DNA of 64,000 nucleotides. It comes from Nitrosopumilaceae archaeon (lineage in GTDB: Archaea > Thermoproteota > Nitrososphaeria > Nitrososphaerales > Nitrosopumilaceae). The notes beneath the pieces are model-generated. The model worked only from the letters and a program-made list of their open reading frames with translations, did no database searches and was not told the origin of the DNA. The translations under genes were made by a program, and so were the position numbers. Numbering within the stretch: the first letter of the stretch is position 1; the number at the start of each line of letters is the position of its first letter. The stretch is from contig CBDBCR010000001.1 of assembly GCA_965203465.1 (NCBI GenBank), positions 512,001-576,000 of the forward strand. The letters are read 5' to 3'. Shown piece by piece: positions 1 through 10,148 of the stretch.

Positions 1-1
1 C

Positions 2-3000
2 TCTGCAGAGCTGGACGAGGCAGAGGGCCGGCTCACCGTCGAGTTCAGCGAGACTGTACACGTGACCGGCGTGTCGCCCGAAATGGTCAGCATAACAAAG
101 AGCGGAGACGCCTCCATGTCGCTGGCGCTGGGCGAAAACCAGAGGTTCGACCTGGTCTTGTCAGACGGCGCCACAAAGTCGGTCCGGTTCATCATGACCG
201 AGCAGCAGAGGGTGTCCGTATCCGCGCTTGCGCCCCAGACGGTCGTGCTGTCGGCCGGGGCCGTAAACGACACGAGCGACAACGACCTGGACGCCGAGAC
301 GCTGATCACTCCGGGCAAGCTGACCGTCGTGCAGGACAGCACGCCCCCGTCTGTCAGCTCGGTCAGCATGATCCTCGACGCATCCTCGCCGAGCGCCTCG
401 GTCAGGTTCACCGAGTCGGTGCGCAACCTGGACACCGCGCAGCTCTCGGTGGCCGAAACGTCGCCGCGGACCGGATCGCAGGCCCTCTCGCGGAGCGCGG
501 CGCTCCACAACGGCGACAGGCTGGCGGTCATACCGCTCACCGAGGCCGAGCGCACCGCGATCTCGGGCTTTTCGGGGACGCTGCGGCTGGCCGGCGCGTC
601 CGGCGCCTGGTCGGACGCGGCGGGCAACTCGACTCCGGGCGACTCGGAGGACATCGACATGCGACGCATCGGCCAGGACACGCACGCCCCGGCGCTCTCG
701 TCGGCGGCGGTGAACCTGTCGGGCCTCACCATGTCCATGACGTTCGGCGAGACCGTCGACGTCTCGGAGTTTCAGCCGGCCAGGATAACCGTGCTGTCCT
801 CGAACAACAAGTCCGGCACGCTGCTCTCATCGGTCACGTCGACGGAGGACGGGAACACCGTCGTGCTGGGCCTGAGCGGCTCCGAGGCGCTCAGCATATC
901 GCGGGCCTCGCAGCTTTCGGCTCCGGCGGGGACCGTAAAGGTCTCGTTCGAGTCCGGAGCATGGAAGGACCTTGCGGGCAACCCCAACGCCGGCGGCCAG
1001 CTCGCGGGGGTGCCAGTCTCGGGCTCGTCCTCCGAGACCGTCCGCTTGGTGTACTCTGTCCTGAACGTGGAGGGGCGCCCGTCGCTCGATCTCTACTTTG
1101 ACGGCCAGGTGGACCTGTCTGCGTTCGACGCCTCAAAGATCGACGTAAAGGACGGCAGCGGCGCCAACAAGATGGACATGTCGGGCAGCCCCTTGCCCGA
1201 ATCGACCAACAACTTTTCGCCGTCCGGCGCGATCCCGTCTTCCGCCGCCTCCAAGGTGGTGCTGCCCCTGTCCCTCGCGCAGAAAAAGACGGCAAACGGG
1301 TACTCTAGCGCCACGCTCGACGCCGACCAGGGGGCGTGGACCAGCGTCCACGGCGTGGGCAGCGCGGCGCTCTCCGCGGTATCCGTAGACGGAATAGAAA
1401 AGGACGGCGCCGGCCCCCTGCTGGCCTCGGTCCACATGGCGTACGGCGCCGGCTCGCAGCCCGGCAAGCGGCTCCTGCTGACCTTCGAGGAGCCCGTCGA
1501 CGCCGCCACGTTCACGAAAGTCCACCACGCCGCGCTTTTCCTAGACTCGCTGCTGCTCAAGACGAACCTGTTCCAGTACAACGAGCCGGTGCGCGACAAC
1601 GGCGCGATCGTAAACTACGCCACCCAGGCGGCCGCCGACGCGGTCAGGCCCGGCGACTCTGACTGCGAGACGCGCCGCTACGACGCCAACATGACGACAA
1701 TATTCAGGCGCTTTTGCGTAGAGACGCTGCCAGAAGGACACCTGGGATCCCTGCAACTTAACAACTCATTCTCGGGCGCCCCGTCGCCCTCTAGCGGGTT
1801 CACCAGGACCATTACGATCGGCGTATACAACAACTTCGTCCAAGAGATGATCCGCGATCTGTTCGACCCGGCCACCCTCGGGGGCAACACGTACGATCTG
1901 AGGCCGGGCGCCACCTCGCTCCCACTGCGCCTGTGGGTGCCCAGCAACACCGTCTCGGACGTGGCGGGCAACCCGACGTCGCCGACCAGGGCGTTCACGG
2001 TGCAGAGCTCCAGCACCGACGCGATGCCGGTCTCTGCCTCGCTGGACCTTTCTGCGCCCAGCCTGACGCTGACCTTCGACAGGAAGCTCAGCTCGCTCGA
2101 CCCCTCGAAGATATACGTCGGGGGCCCGGCCAGCACGTCGGCGACGGCGCTGGACGGGGGCACCGCGCTCTCGGGCTCTGTCACCGGGCCGTCGGTAGTC
2201 GCTTCGAGCGCGTCTAGCACCGCCGTGATATCGCTGAGCGCCGCCGAGCTTTCGGCGCTGACCAACATGGTGACGGCCGACGGGTACCCGCGGCTCATCC
2301 ACTCGGACGCGGGGGCTTGGAGCGTGGCCGGCATCGCCAGCCCCAATTTCTTGCGCATGATGCCGGTACCGGTGAGCGCCGCCGCCGCCATGGCGTCGGC
2401 CCCGTCGCTGACTTCGGCATCGCTGGATCTCTCCTCGGAGCCGGCGGCCCTCTCGCTGGCCTTCGACCGGGCCGTCGACGTCTCCGAGTTCCGCACGTAC
2501 CAGCTGCACGTCTCGGCCGACGCGGCCGTCTCGGACGACGACGCGTCGCTCTTTCTGCCCACATCGACGGCCGCCGACGGCGCGGCCGTCTCGGTGCCGC
2601 TCACCGGCGCGCAAAAGGAGGCGGTGCAGGCGATGAGCGGGAGCCCGGTGCTGCTCTACGAGGCCGGCACGTGGCAGGACGCGCAGGGCAACAGGCTGGC
2701 CTCGGGAGGCTCGCAGGCGCTCTCTATAACGCCGGACGCCTTGAGGCCGTCGCTCTCGCGCTCGGAGCTGGACCGGGGCGCGGGCCTGCTGTCGCTGACC
2801 TTCAGCGAAAAGGTGGGCCTGGGCGGCGGGAGCGCGCTTTTGGTGGCCTCGGCCGGGCAGAGCTCGCAGACCTACACCATTCCGCAGGGCGCCTCGTCGG
2901 TGGCAGAGCCGGGCGCGCAGCATTCGACCCGGATAGACGCCCTTTTGACCGAGGCGCAGCGCTCGGCGATGAACGCGTTCCTTGCCGCGCCCGGCTCTAG

Positions 3001-6000
3001 CGTCTCGCTGTCCCTGGAGGCGGGGTACGTCTCGGACGTGACGGGAAATTCGCTGGCCGCCGTCTCTGGGGCAAGCTTGGACACCGACACGCCGGACACG
3101 CAGGTTCCGCTGCTGCTCAGCGCCACTGTCAGCACCGCAGACAAGATGCTCACGCTGGTATTCGACGAGACAGTCGATGCGGGTTCGCTGGACTTGACAA
3201 AGTTCGCGTTCAGCAACATCGGCGAGACCAGCCAGCTGTACCTCGACGATTCGGGCACGCTCGACGACGCGGCCCTGGCGGCCGGCCAGCAGGACAGCCC
3301 GACCTTGGTCGTCGAGCTGACCGACGCGCAGGCCGACTTTGCGGCCTCCCAGCGCGTGCCGCACCTAGATATAGATTCGGGCGCCTACCAGGACACGGCC
3401 GGCAACGCGCTCGCGTCCAACGCGCACGATCTGGACCTGCTGGTGCAGCAGGATACGGTGCCGCCGGTACTGCAGAGCGCCTCGCTCGAGGCGCATTCGG
3501 GCGTGCTAACGCTGGTCTTCGACGACGCCATCGACGCGGCGCCCTCGTACAACGTGGATCTGGCCGCCGTGTACCTGAGCCGGCCCGGCCAGGCAGACGA
3601 GCGCTCGCTGTCGGGCGCCTCTCTGGTCACCTCGACGGACACCGACACGCTCAGCGTAAGGCTCGACGAAAACTCCCGCAGGCAGGCCATAGACTGGGCC
3701 GGACAGGGCGGCGTAGAGGTGGACGTCTCGGCCGGCGCGTTTTCCGACATTTTCCGCAACAGGATAGGAAGCCAGCCGGACACCGGCGTGGCCTACTCTG
3801 CGGACGCCACGCCGCCCGAGCTGGTCTCGGCCTCGCTGGACGGCGTTACCGGCAGGCTGGTCATGACGTTCAGCGAGGCGGTGCGCTCCCCCGACCTGGC
3901 CAAGATTCTGATATCGTCGGACACCGGCACCGGCCTTGCCGGCGGCACCGTCGATACGGCCGGGCCCGGCGCGGCCGTGATCGCCACGCTCTCGGAGCGG
4001 GCGCGCCAGGACATAGCCAAAAAGACCGGCGCGCTGGACATCGAGCTGCAAAGCGGCGCCGTGGCAGACTATGCGGGCGTGCCCGTCGGCGCCCGCGCAA
4101 AGAACCTGGCCTCGCCGCTGCTGGCGTTCTCGCCCGACGCGTCTGCCCCGGCGCTGGAGCTGGCCGTGCTGAACCTGGGCTCGGCCGAGCTGGCATTGAC
4201 GTTCTCCGAGCCGGTCTGGCGGACCGACCTCTCAAAGATAACGGTGTCAGGCCAGGGCGGCAGCCACGCGATGACCGGAGCCAGCGTCGGGCGGCCCGCG
4301 CTCGATTCCGAGACCGTCACGATATCGGACATACCGGAGGCGACCGTCTCGGCGCTGGTGCAGCTCTCCGGCCTGTCGCTCGACCTGGGTTCGGGGGCCG
4401 TATACGATTCCTCCAACAACCCCGTCGCGGCCGCCCAGGGGCTGAGCCTGCGCACCTCGGCCGATTCCACCGCGCCGGTCCCGCAGTCGGCCTCCTTCGA
4501 CGAGGAATCCGGCGTGCTGACCGTATCGTTCGACGAGTCGGTCCGCAACCCCGACGCGTCCATGATCTCCATGTCCGTCTCCCTGCAGGGGGCGCAGGCC
4601 TCCGCGTCGGGCAGCGACGTGACAGTCTCGCTGACCGAGCAGCAGCGCCTGCGCGAGGTGGCCGCCATCGGGGGATCTTCCTCGGTGCGCGTATCCTTGC
4701 AGGCCGGCGCCGTGCTGAACCTTTCCGCTATTTCGGTCGAGGCCTCGTCGATCGACGCGGCCGTGTCCAAGGACTCTACGCCCCCGTCGCTCGTCTCGCA
4801 GTCGCTGGATCTAAACGACGGCGCCCTCGTGCTGCGGTTCAGCGAGACCGTGATCGTATCGAGGCTGTCGGGGATCTCGGCCGGCGGGCAGAGCCTCGGC
4901 TCTGCCAACCTCTCCGGGGACCGCACGGCCGAGCTGACCGTCTCGCTTCCCGAAAGCGCGCGCCAGGCCCTCATAGGGCAGAGCTCGCCGTCCGTCTCTA
5001 TAGAGGCGGGCGCCGTCTCGGACGCCTCGGGCAACGCCCCCGCGCTGAGCGGCGCGCTGTCCGTCGCGCCCGACACCACGGCGCCGGAGGTGCTCCGGGT
5101 CGGCGTCAACCTCAACACCGGCCTGGTGCGCATAGTGCTCGACGAGTGGGTTCAAAGTTCTGGAATAGACGCGTCGCTCATGGCCGTGCGCGGCGGCGGC
5201 GCGCAGGTCACGCTGGGCGGCTCGGCCTCGGCGGCGCAGGACACCGTGCGGCTGCAGCTCTCCCCCGAGGACCTGGCCACGGTGGCATCGGTGCAGACGA
5301 GCACGCTCGACTTTGTGATCGCCGGCGGGGCCGGCATCGCCGACACGGCCGGCAACGCGCTGGCCGACACGACCCGGATACTGCGCATCGACGATCCGGT
5401 GCCGCCGCAGCTCGTATCTGCCCGCATAACGGGGCCGTCGAGCATACTGCTGGAGTTCAGCGAGGACCTGATGGATTCGTCGGTATCGACGTCGGCGTTC
5501 CGGGTGGGCCAGCTTGCTATAACGTCGGCCGTAGAGACGTCGGGCGGCGCGGTGCTGCTGACAGTGCAGGACTTGCCGGAGGGCCAGCCGCAGCAGGTCA
5601 CCGCGCTGGCCGGCGGCGTGCGCGACAACTCGGACAACGCGCTGGCCTCGGACATGACGGTCAACGCGCCGTGGAGGCCGGCCACAATAGACATAGTCTC
5701 GCTCGAAATGTACTCCGACGGCCCCAACCCGCTGCTGGCCGGGATAGGGGACACGGTCAGGCTGGTCTTTTCGACCTCGACGGGCGTCTCTGCCATATCG
5801 GGCGCCGAGATCCGGCTGTCCGGAAAGACCACCGAGGTCTCCGTGACCGAATCGGGGTTCACCGCCGCGTACACCGTCTCGGCCGGCGACAGCGAGGGGC
5901 CCGTCTCGGTAGCGGCCGTCGTGCGCAACGAGGCCGGCTCGCTGCTGGCCCTCTCGGGGGCGGACCTGCGCGGCGAGCCGGTGCGCATAGACACCTCGCC

Positions 6001-8005
6001 CCCGGAGCTGGAGACTGCAATGTTCGCCGGATCCCGCTCTGTTCTGCTGGTCTTTTCCGAGCCGGTGCTGACCACCAGCAACGACTACGATCTGAGCGTG
6101 GACGGCTCGCCGGTCACTGCCGGCGCGGCCAACTCGGGCCTGCCCGTCATAATGCTCGTATGGACAGGCTCGGTGACGGCCATGTCGGGCACCTCGACTG
6201 GCACCCTGCAGGTATCGGCCTCGCTTACCGACGTGGCCGGCAACGCGTTCGAGGCGCGCGCGGTATCGGTCTCGGGCGCCCAGACGGAGATCTCGGTGCG
6301 GCCCCTGCAGGCAGCCGACGCGCCCGGCTCGGCGCCGGCCGCGCAGACCGGCTCGGGCAGGGCGCCGGTCACGCCGGTACCGGTCTCCGAAGAGGTGCGC
6401 TCGGTCTCGTTCGAGCCGGTCGGCGGGCCGGCGGTCCCGGCCATCGACCTTTCGCAGCTGCCCGACCTGAGCGCGCAGCAGGCGCAGCAGCTGTGCGCCG
6501 AGGCGGGCAGGCAGCTGAGCGCGGGGTGCTCTGCCAACACGGCCCTTGTCGGCCCCCTGACGGTCAGCGTGGGCGGGCTGGTAGAGCGCGTGGAGTTTGC
6601 CGCCGGCACGCGCGTGGCCGGGCTGCCGCCCAACGAGCAGCTGCGCGTGTACGCGGCCGCCGAGGAGCGCGCCGGCATCGCGCTCTCCGGATACGACCGC
6701 TCCGACGAGGCGCGGGGGTACCGCGTGGAAGATTCCAGGACGGTCGAGCTGGGCTCGCCGCAGGACAACGTGCTGTTCAGCGAGCCGGTCCGCGCCGTGT
6801 TCGATCCGCTGGCGCTGTACCGCGGCACGCTGGTGTACTCTATAGACGCCGACGGGCGCGTGCTCACTGTCCCCGAGTGCCGCGACGTATCGGATTCCGG
6901 CTCCGCAAAGGCGTTCATCGAGGGATCGGACGCGCGCGCCTGCGTCGACTACGGCAGCTCGTCGGTCTGGACGATGCACTTTACCGTGTTCGGCGTCGCC
7001 GAGCCGGTCCGCGGCGGCTCCGAATGCGACGACTGCACGCCGCCCACGCTCGGCTACGACGCGTACGGGGCCAGGCTGGTATCGGGCGGCTTTGCGTACA
7101 ACGGGCTGGTCTCGGACGTAGAGTACTTTTTCACCCCGTACCCGCTCATCGAATCCGAGGTCGGCAAGCAGAACAACATTACGCTAAAGATGTACGAAAA
7201 CGAGGGGCCCGGCAACGTGGAGCGCGTCTCGGTGGCGTTCGGGCTGCGCTCCGGCGAGGTCATATCGGAGAGCAGGGCGGTCATAAACTACGACATTTCG
7301 TTCGACGGGACCGGCTCCCTTTCGGCCATAGACCCGGAGAACGCCATCGACCTCGAGACGCTCTCGGCCGAGCACCGGACGGTGCAGTGCTCGCCCGGCT
7401 CGGAGCTGCAGTGCCTGTCGGTGTCGATAAGCCACTCGTTCCGCGCGCCGCTCGAGTTCGACATCGTGGGCACCGACGTGTGGGACACCCAGCGCAACTC
7501 GTGGCAGAACTACTTCAACCACGGCATACGGGTGACCGGCGAATCGCTCAACCCGGTGCCGGGCGTGCGCGTCAACGGCGGCGAGCTGCTCCTCCGCCCC
7601 TTGGTGGAGGGCTCCAACAACGTGGACGTGATGGCCGGCGAGGACGGCGCGCTGTACCGGCTGGCCCCCGACGGCCTGTACAAGCCGCTGCGCAACATCT
7701 CGTCGCTCTTCCACGAGGTAGACGAATCCATGTACACCTACGACGGAATACCGATGCAGGGCTACGACAGGTCCGATCCCCAGTTCCAGTCGGTCCTGGA
7801 GGAGCAGCTGGCGCTGGCAAGGGCGGTCCTGGAGCAGATGAACCTGGGCAGGCAGGGCTGGCAGGAGGGGTTCGAGGAGGCCGAGCAGTCCGTGCACACG
7901 GCCATAGACAGGATGGAGGCGCTGCGCGCCGACATACAGGCCGAGCGCGAGAGGGCCGAGCGCCTGTTCCTCGAAAGGTACGGCCCGACCGACAGGCCCG
8001 AGTGA
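2..8005 (+). CDS. Giant cell-surface protein with many tandem Ig-like (SbsA/Big_5-like) repeats and a thaumarchaeal C-terminal module; 5'-truncated by the window edge
   Basis: The frame is open from base 2. A ~120-aa motif recurs: D..[AP]P.L.SA.L[DN].....L.L.F.E.V...D...I...GA..D..GN. The protein is Ser/Ala/Gly rich. The C-terminal 'WTMHFTVFG...CDDCTPPTLG...YFFTPYP...WDTQRNSWQNYFNHG' module resembles the ends of large Nitrosopumilaceae surface proteins. Confidence 0.8.
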   Translation, partial: SAELDEAEGRLTVEFSETVHVTGVSPEMVSITKSGDASMSLALGENQRFDLVLSDGATKSVRFIMTEQQRVSVSALAPQTVVLSAGAVNDTSDNDLDAETLITPGKLTVVQDSTPPSVSSVSMILDASSPSASVRFTESVRNLDTAQLSVAETSPRTGSQALSRSAALHNGDRLAVIPLTEAERTAISGFSGTLRLAGASGAWSDAAGNSTPGDSEDIDMRRIGQDTHAPALSSAAVNLSGLTMSMTFGETVDVSEFQPARITVLSSNNKSGTLLSSVTSTEDGNTVVLGLSGSEALSISRASQLSAPAGTVKVSFESGAWKDLAGNPNAGGQLAGVPVSGSSSETVRLVYSVLNVEGRPSLDLYFDGQVDLSAFDASKIDVKDGSGANKMDMSGSPLPESTNNFSPSGAIPSSAASKVVLPLSLAQKKTANGYSSATLDADQGAWTSVHGVGSAALSAVSVDGIEKDGAGPLLASVHMAYGAGSQPGKRLLLTFEEPVDAATFTKVHHAALFLDSLLLKTNLFQYNEPVRDNGAIVNYATQAAADAVRPGDSDCETRRYDANMTTIFRRFCVETLPEGHLGSLQLNNSFSGAPSPSSGFTRTITIGVYNNFVQEMIRDLFDPATLGGNTYDLRPGATSLPLRLWVPSNTVSDVAGNPTSPTRAFTVQSSSTDAMPVSASLDLSAPSLTLTFDRKLSSLDPSKIYVGGPASTSATALDGGTALSGSVTGPSVVASSASSTAVISLSAAELSALTNMVTADGYPRLIHSDAGAWSVAGIASPNFLRMMPVPVSAAAAMASAPSLTSASLDLSSEPAALSLAFDRAVDVSEFRTYQLHVSADAAVSDDDASLFLPTSTAADGAAVSVPLTGAQKEAVQAMSGSPVLLYEAGTWQDAQGNRLASGGSQALSITPDALRPSLSRSELDRGAGLLSLTFSEKVGLGGGSALLVASAGQSSQTYTIPQGASSVAEPGAQHSTRIDALLTEAQRSAMNAFLAAPGSSVSLSLEAGYVSDVTGNSLAAVSGASLDTDTPDTQVPLLLSATVSTADKMLTLVFDETVDAGSLDLTKFAFSNIGETSQLYLDDSGTLDDAALAAGQQDSPTLVVELTDAQADFAASQRVPHLDIDSGAYQDTAGNALASNAHDLDLLVQQDTVPPVLQSASLEAHSGVLTLVFDDAIDAAPSYNVDLAAVYLSRPGQADERSLSGASLVTSTDTDTLSVRLDENSRRQAIDWAGQGGVEVDVSAGAFSDIFRNRIGSQPDTGVAYSADATPPELVSASLDGVTGRLVMTFSEAVRSPDLAKILISSDTGTGLAGGTVDTAGPGAAVIATLSERARQDIAKKTGALDIELQSGAVADYAGVPVGARAKNLASPLLAFSPDASAPALELAVLNLGSAELALTFSEPVWRTDLSKITVSGQGGSHAMTGASVGRPALDSETVTISDIPEATVSALVQLSGLSLDLGSGAVYDSSNNPVAAAQGLSLRTSADSTAPVPQSASFDEESGVLTVSFDESVRNPDASMISMSVSLQGAQASASGSDVTVSLTEQQRLREVAAIGGSSSVRVSLQAGAVLNLSAISVEASSIDAAVSKDSTPPSLVSQSLDLNDGALVLRFSETVIVSRLSGISAGGQSLGSANLSGDRTAELTVSLPESARQALIGQSSPSVSIEAGAVSDASGNAPALSGALSVAPDTTAPEVLRVGVNLNTGLVRIVLDEWVQSSGIDASLMAVRGGGAQVTLGGSASAAQDTVRLQLSPEDLATVASVQTSTLDFVIAGGAGIADTAGNALADTTRILRIDDPVPPQLVSARITGPSSILLEFSEDLMDSSVSTSAFRVGQLAITSAVETSGGAVLLTVQDLPEGQPQQVTALAGGVRDNSDNALASDMTVNAPWRPATIDIVSLEMYSDGPNPLLAGIGDTVRLVFSTSTGVSAISGAEIRLSGKTTEVSVTESGFTAAYTVSAGDSEGPVSVAAVVRNEAGSLLALSGADLRGEPVRIDTSPPELETAMFAGSRSVLLVFSEPVLTTSNDYDLSVDGSPVTAGAANSGLPVIMLVWTGSVTAMSGTSTGTLQVSASLTDVAGNAFEARAVSVSGAQTEISVRPLQAADAPGSAPAAQTGSGRAPVTPVPVSEEVRSVSFEPVGGPAVPAIDLSQLPDLSAQQAQQLCAEAGRQLSAGCSANTALVGPLTVSVGGLVERVEFAAGTRVAGLPPNEQLRVYAAAEERAGIALSGYDRSDEARGYRVEDSRTVELGSPQDNVLFSEPVRAVFDPLALYRGTLVYSIDADGRVLTVPECRDVSDSGSAKAFIEGSDARACVDYGSSSVWTMHFTVFGVAEPVRGGSECDDCTPPTLGYDAYGARLVSGGFAYNGLVSDVEYFFTPYPLIESEVGKQNNITLKMYENEGPGNVERVSVAFGLRSGEVISESRAVINYDISFDGTGSLSAIDPENAIDLETLSAEHRTVQCSPGSELQCLSVSISHSFRAPLEFDIVGTDVWDTQRNSWQNYFNHGIRVTGESLNPVPGVRVNGGELLLRPLVEGSNNVDVMAGEDGALYRLAPDGLYKPLRNISSLFHEVDESMYTYDGIPMQGYDRSDPQFQSVLEEQLALARAVLEQMNLGRQGWQEGFEEAEQSVHTAIDRMEALRADIQAERERAERLFLERYGPTDRPE

Positions 8006-8013
8006 TCCCGGCC

Positions 8014-9471
8014 CTACGCGGCCCCCGGATCCTCCACGCCGTAGTATTCCGAGGCGGCCGCAAAGACGCCCGCAGAGCCGCCCGAGCACCCCGAGACTAT
8101 GCGGGCCCTCCTCTCCAGGTCCGCGGCCGCGTCGCGTATCCCCAGGAACCGCGCGGCGCGCCCCAGGCGCAGGCTGCGGCGCGCAAGCTCGCCGGCCGAG
8201 CCGGGCAGCAGCGAATCCGAACCGGGATCGTAGCGGAACACCTCGCGCAGCGACGGGGCCCCGTCTCCGGGGACCACCTCCGAGACGCCCAGCACGCGCC
8301 TGGCCAGCCGGCCGCCGGGCAGCCGCGCCCTGCCGGCGTGCACGACGTAGTCTATGGCCGAGATCTGGGCACCGGGCACGCCCATGCCCTCGCCGCCGAG
8401 GCGGGCCAGCAGCTCGGCGGCCCCCGAGGCGTGCGCGCTCGAGGTGCAGCCGTGGCCGGTCAGGGCCACCTGGAAGAGCTGCCTCGCCTCCTCGCCGCGC
8501 ACCTCGCCGACTATGACCCAGTGCGGCTTTTTGCGCATGGCCGCCATGCCCAAGTCCATGATGCCCACGTCGTACTCGGACCTGACCAGCTGCGGGCTCT
8601 GGCGGGTCACCAGGTATTCGGCCCAAAAGTGCGGCAGCGAGAGCTCGCGCACCTCCTCGATGGCCAGCACGTGCCAGCGCGGGTTGGACAGGCAGGCCAG
8701 GGCGTTTATCAGCGTGGTCTTGCCCGCGCCGGTCTGGCCCACCACGAACGAAAATGCCCTCGCGTCGTTCATCAGCCAGACGTAGGCCGCCAGCAGCGGG
8801 CCGAACGTGCCGGCCCCCAGCAGGTCGGGCACCGCGTACGGCCGCTCGGGGAACTTGCGCACGGCCAGCGTGGAGCCGGGCCGCGAGACCTGGTCCCTCC
8901 ACGTTATGGTTATGCGGCTGTTGTCCGGCGCCGAGCAGCACAGCACGGGGCGCGCCGTGGTGGGCGCCTGGCCGTTGCGCTGCGACATCACCTGCAGCAG
9001 GCCGTCGAAGGATTCGCGCGTGGCGAACCGGACGTTGGTCTTTAGCATCTCGAATTCCTGAAAGTCGCGGTGTATCACCGCCGCCTCCCTGTCGTGCCTG
9101 GTGCATATGACGTCCTCCACGCGCGGATCCCTCATGGGCACGTCCAGCTCGCGGTACCCTTCGACGTCGCGCACCACATAGTACTCTACTGCTTCCCTCT
9201 CTTTGGCGTACTCTTCGTAGAGGCCAGCCTGCCTGGCTTCTGCCTCGAGCGATTCTATGACGGGGCGCGCCCCGCCGCCGCCCGAGTACGAATAGTAGAG
9301 GTTCTCCATGAGGCCGCGCCAGACCTTCTCTGCGCCCGAGCTGAGCCGCGGCTCGCAGACCAGGTACCTGCCCCCGCGCGTCACCCAGACCCTGGCCGGG
9401 CCCACCGAGTACGAGGCCGCTATCCGCGCCGGCTCGGCGGACTCTAGCCTGGCTATGGCGAACCCGCGCAC
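8014..9471 (-). CDS. Type II/IV secretion ATPase (TadA/VirB11/ArlI family)
   Basis: Walker A GQTGAGKTT, Asp box AIEEVREL, Walker B VIVGEVRGEEA, His box TGHGCTSSAHA. GTG at 9471 lies ~25 nt downstream of a CTTAAA box. Confidence 0.9.
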   Translation of the reverse strand: MRGFAIARLESAEPARIAASYSVGPARVWVTRGGRYLVCEPRLSSGAEKVWRGLMENLYYSYSGGGGARPVIESLEAEARQAGLYEEYAKEREAVEYYVVRDVEGYRELDVPMRDPRVEDVICTRHDREAAVIHRDFQEFEMLKTNVRFATRESFDGLLQVMSQRNGQAPTTARPVLCCSAPDNSRITITWRDQVSRPGSTLAVRKFPERPYAVPDLLGAGTFGPLLAAYVWLMNDARAFSFVVGQTGAGKTTLINALACLSNPRWHVLAIEEVRELSLPHFWAEYLVTRQSPQLVRSEYDVGIMDLGMAAMRKKPHWVIVGEVRGEEARQLFQVALTGHGCTSSAHASGAAELLARLGGEGMGVPGAQISAIDYVVHAGRARLPGGRLARRVLGVSEVVPGDGAPSLREVFRYDPGSDSLLPGSAGELARRSLRLGRAARFLGIRDAAADLERRARIVSGCSGGSAGVFAAASEYYGVEDPGAA

Positions 9472-9494
9472 GCAGACGCGTGCCGCGCGCGCCT

Positions 9495-9732
9495 TTAAGG
9501 GCGGGCCCGCTTTTTGCCGAACTCCAAGAGCCACTCGCGCGTCTCTTGGTCCAAGTCCTCCAGCCTAGTGATTCGGGGAGGCTCGTTGTCGATGAATATC
9601 CGCCTGGCCTCCTCCTCGGAGTAGCCGGTCCACTTTGTCGCGTAGTATATGGCCGTCTCCAAAATCTCCGCCTCGGGCGCGCTCCTTCCGCATATCTCGC
9701 GCGCGTTCTCTCATCCTGTCTCGGTATTCCAC
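9495..9732 (-). pseudogene. Small repeat protein, copy 1 (frameshifted by a 2-nt deletion)
   Basis: Reads GTG-EYRDRM, then ATGAGAGAAC where copies 2 and 3 have ATGATAGAGAAC. The shifted frame encodes ENAREICGRSAPEAEILETAIYYATKWTGYSEEEARRIFIDNEPP...REWLLEFGKK. Confidence 0.8.
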
Positions 9733-9817
9733 GCAGGTTTCCCGGCGAGCGCCAATTTATGGCTTGCATCCGCGCCGCAAAGGAGCACGTTCTGCGCGCC
9801 GGCAATCTGCACGACTT

Positions 9818-10090
9818 TCACGACGCGCCGGTTCTGGCGGGCTCAGCCTTGCGAGCCGCGGCCTGCTTTTTGTCAAACTCCAAGAGCCACTCGCGTGAAC
9901 TCGGGCTGAGATCGTCGAGCGTCACAATCTTCTCCGGCTCGTTGTCGATGAATATCCGCCTGGCCTCTTCCTCGGACAGGCCCGTCCACTTTGTCGCGTA
10001 GTATATCGCCTTCTCCAAGACTTCCGCCTCGGGCGCGCTTTCGCCGCATATCTCGCGCGCGTTCTCTATCATCCTCTCTCGGTACTCCAT
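9818..10090 (-). CDS. Small repeat protein, copy 2 (intact, ~90 aa); candidate immunity/antitoxin
   Basis: MEYRERMIENAREICGESAPEAEVLEKAIYYATKWTGLSEEEARRIFIDNEP...; CATATAAAA box ~25 nt upstream of ATG 10090; lies directly downstream of the ART-like gene. Confidence 0.8.
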   Translation of the reverse strand: MEYRERMIENAREICGESAPEAEVLEKAIYYATKWTGLSEEEARRIFIDNEPEKIVTLDDLSPSSREWLLEFDKKQAAARKAEPARTGAS

Positions 10091-10148
10091 GTGGGGGATT
10101 ACAGTCATGGTTTTATATGGTTTGTGATCGTGCACTCCGCAACCCCAG

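Noticed and set aside
7184-9805. Long alternative-frame ORFs (e.g. 5146-9045, 7184-9805, 18584-20722, 54016-56121)
   Set aside because: Arg/Ala/Pro/Gly-rich shadow frames caused by high GC, overlapping well-supported genes.
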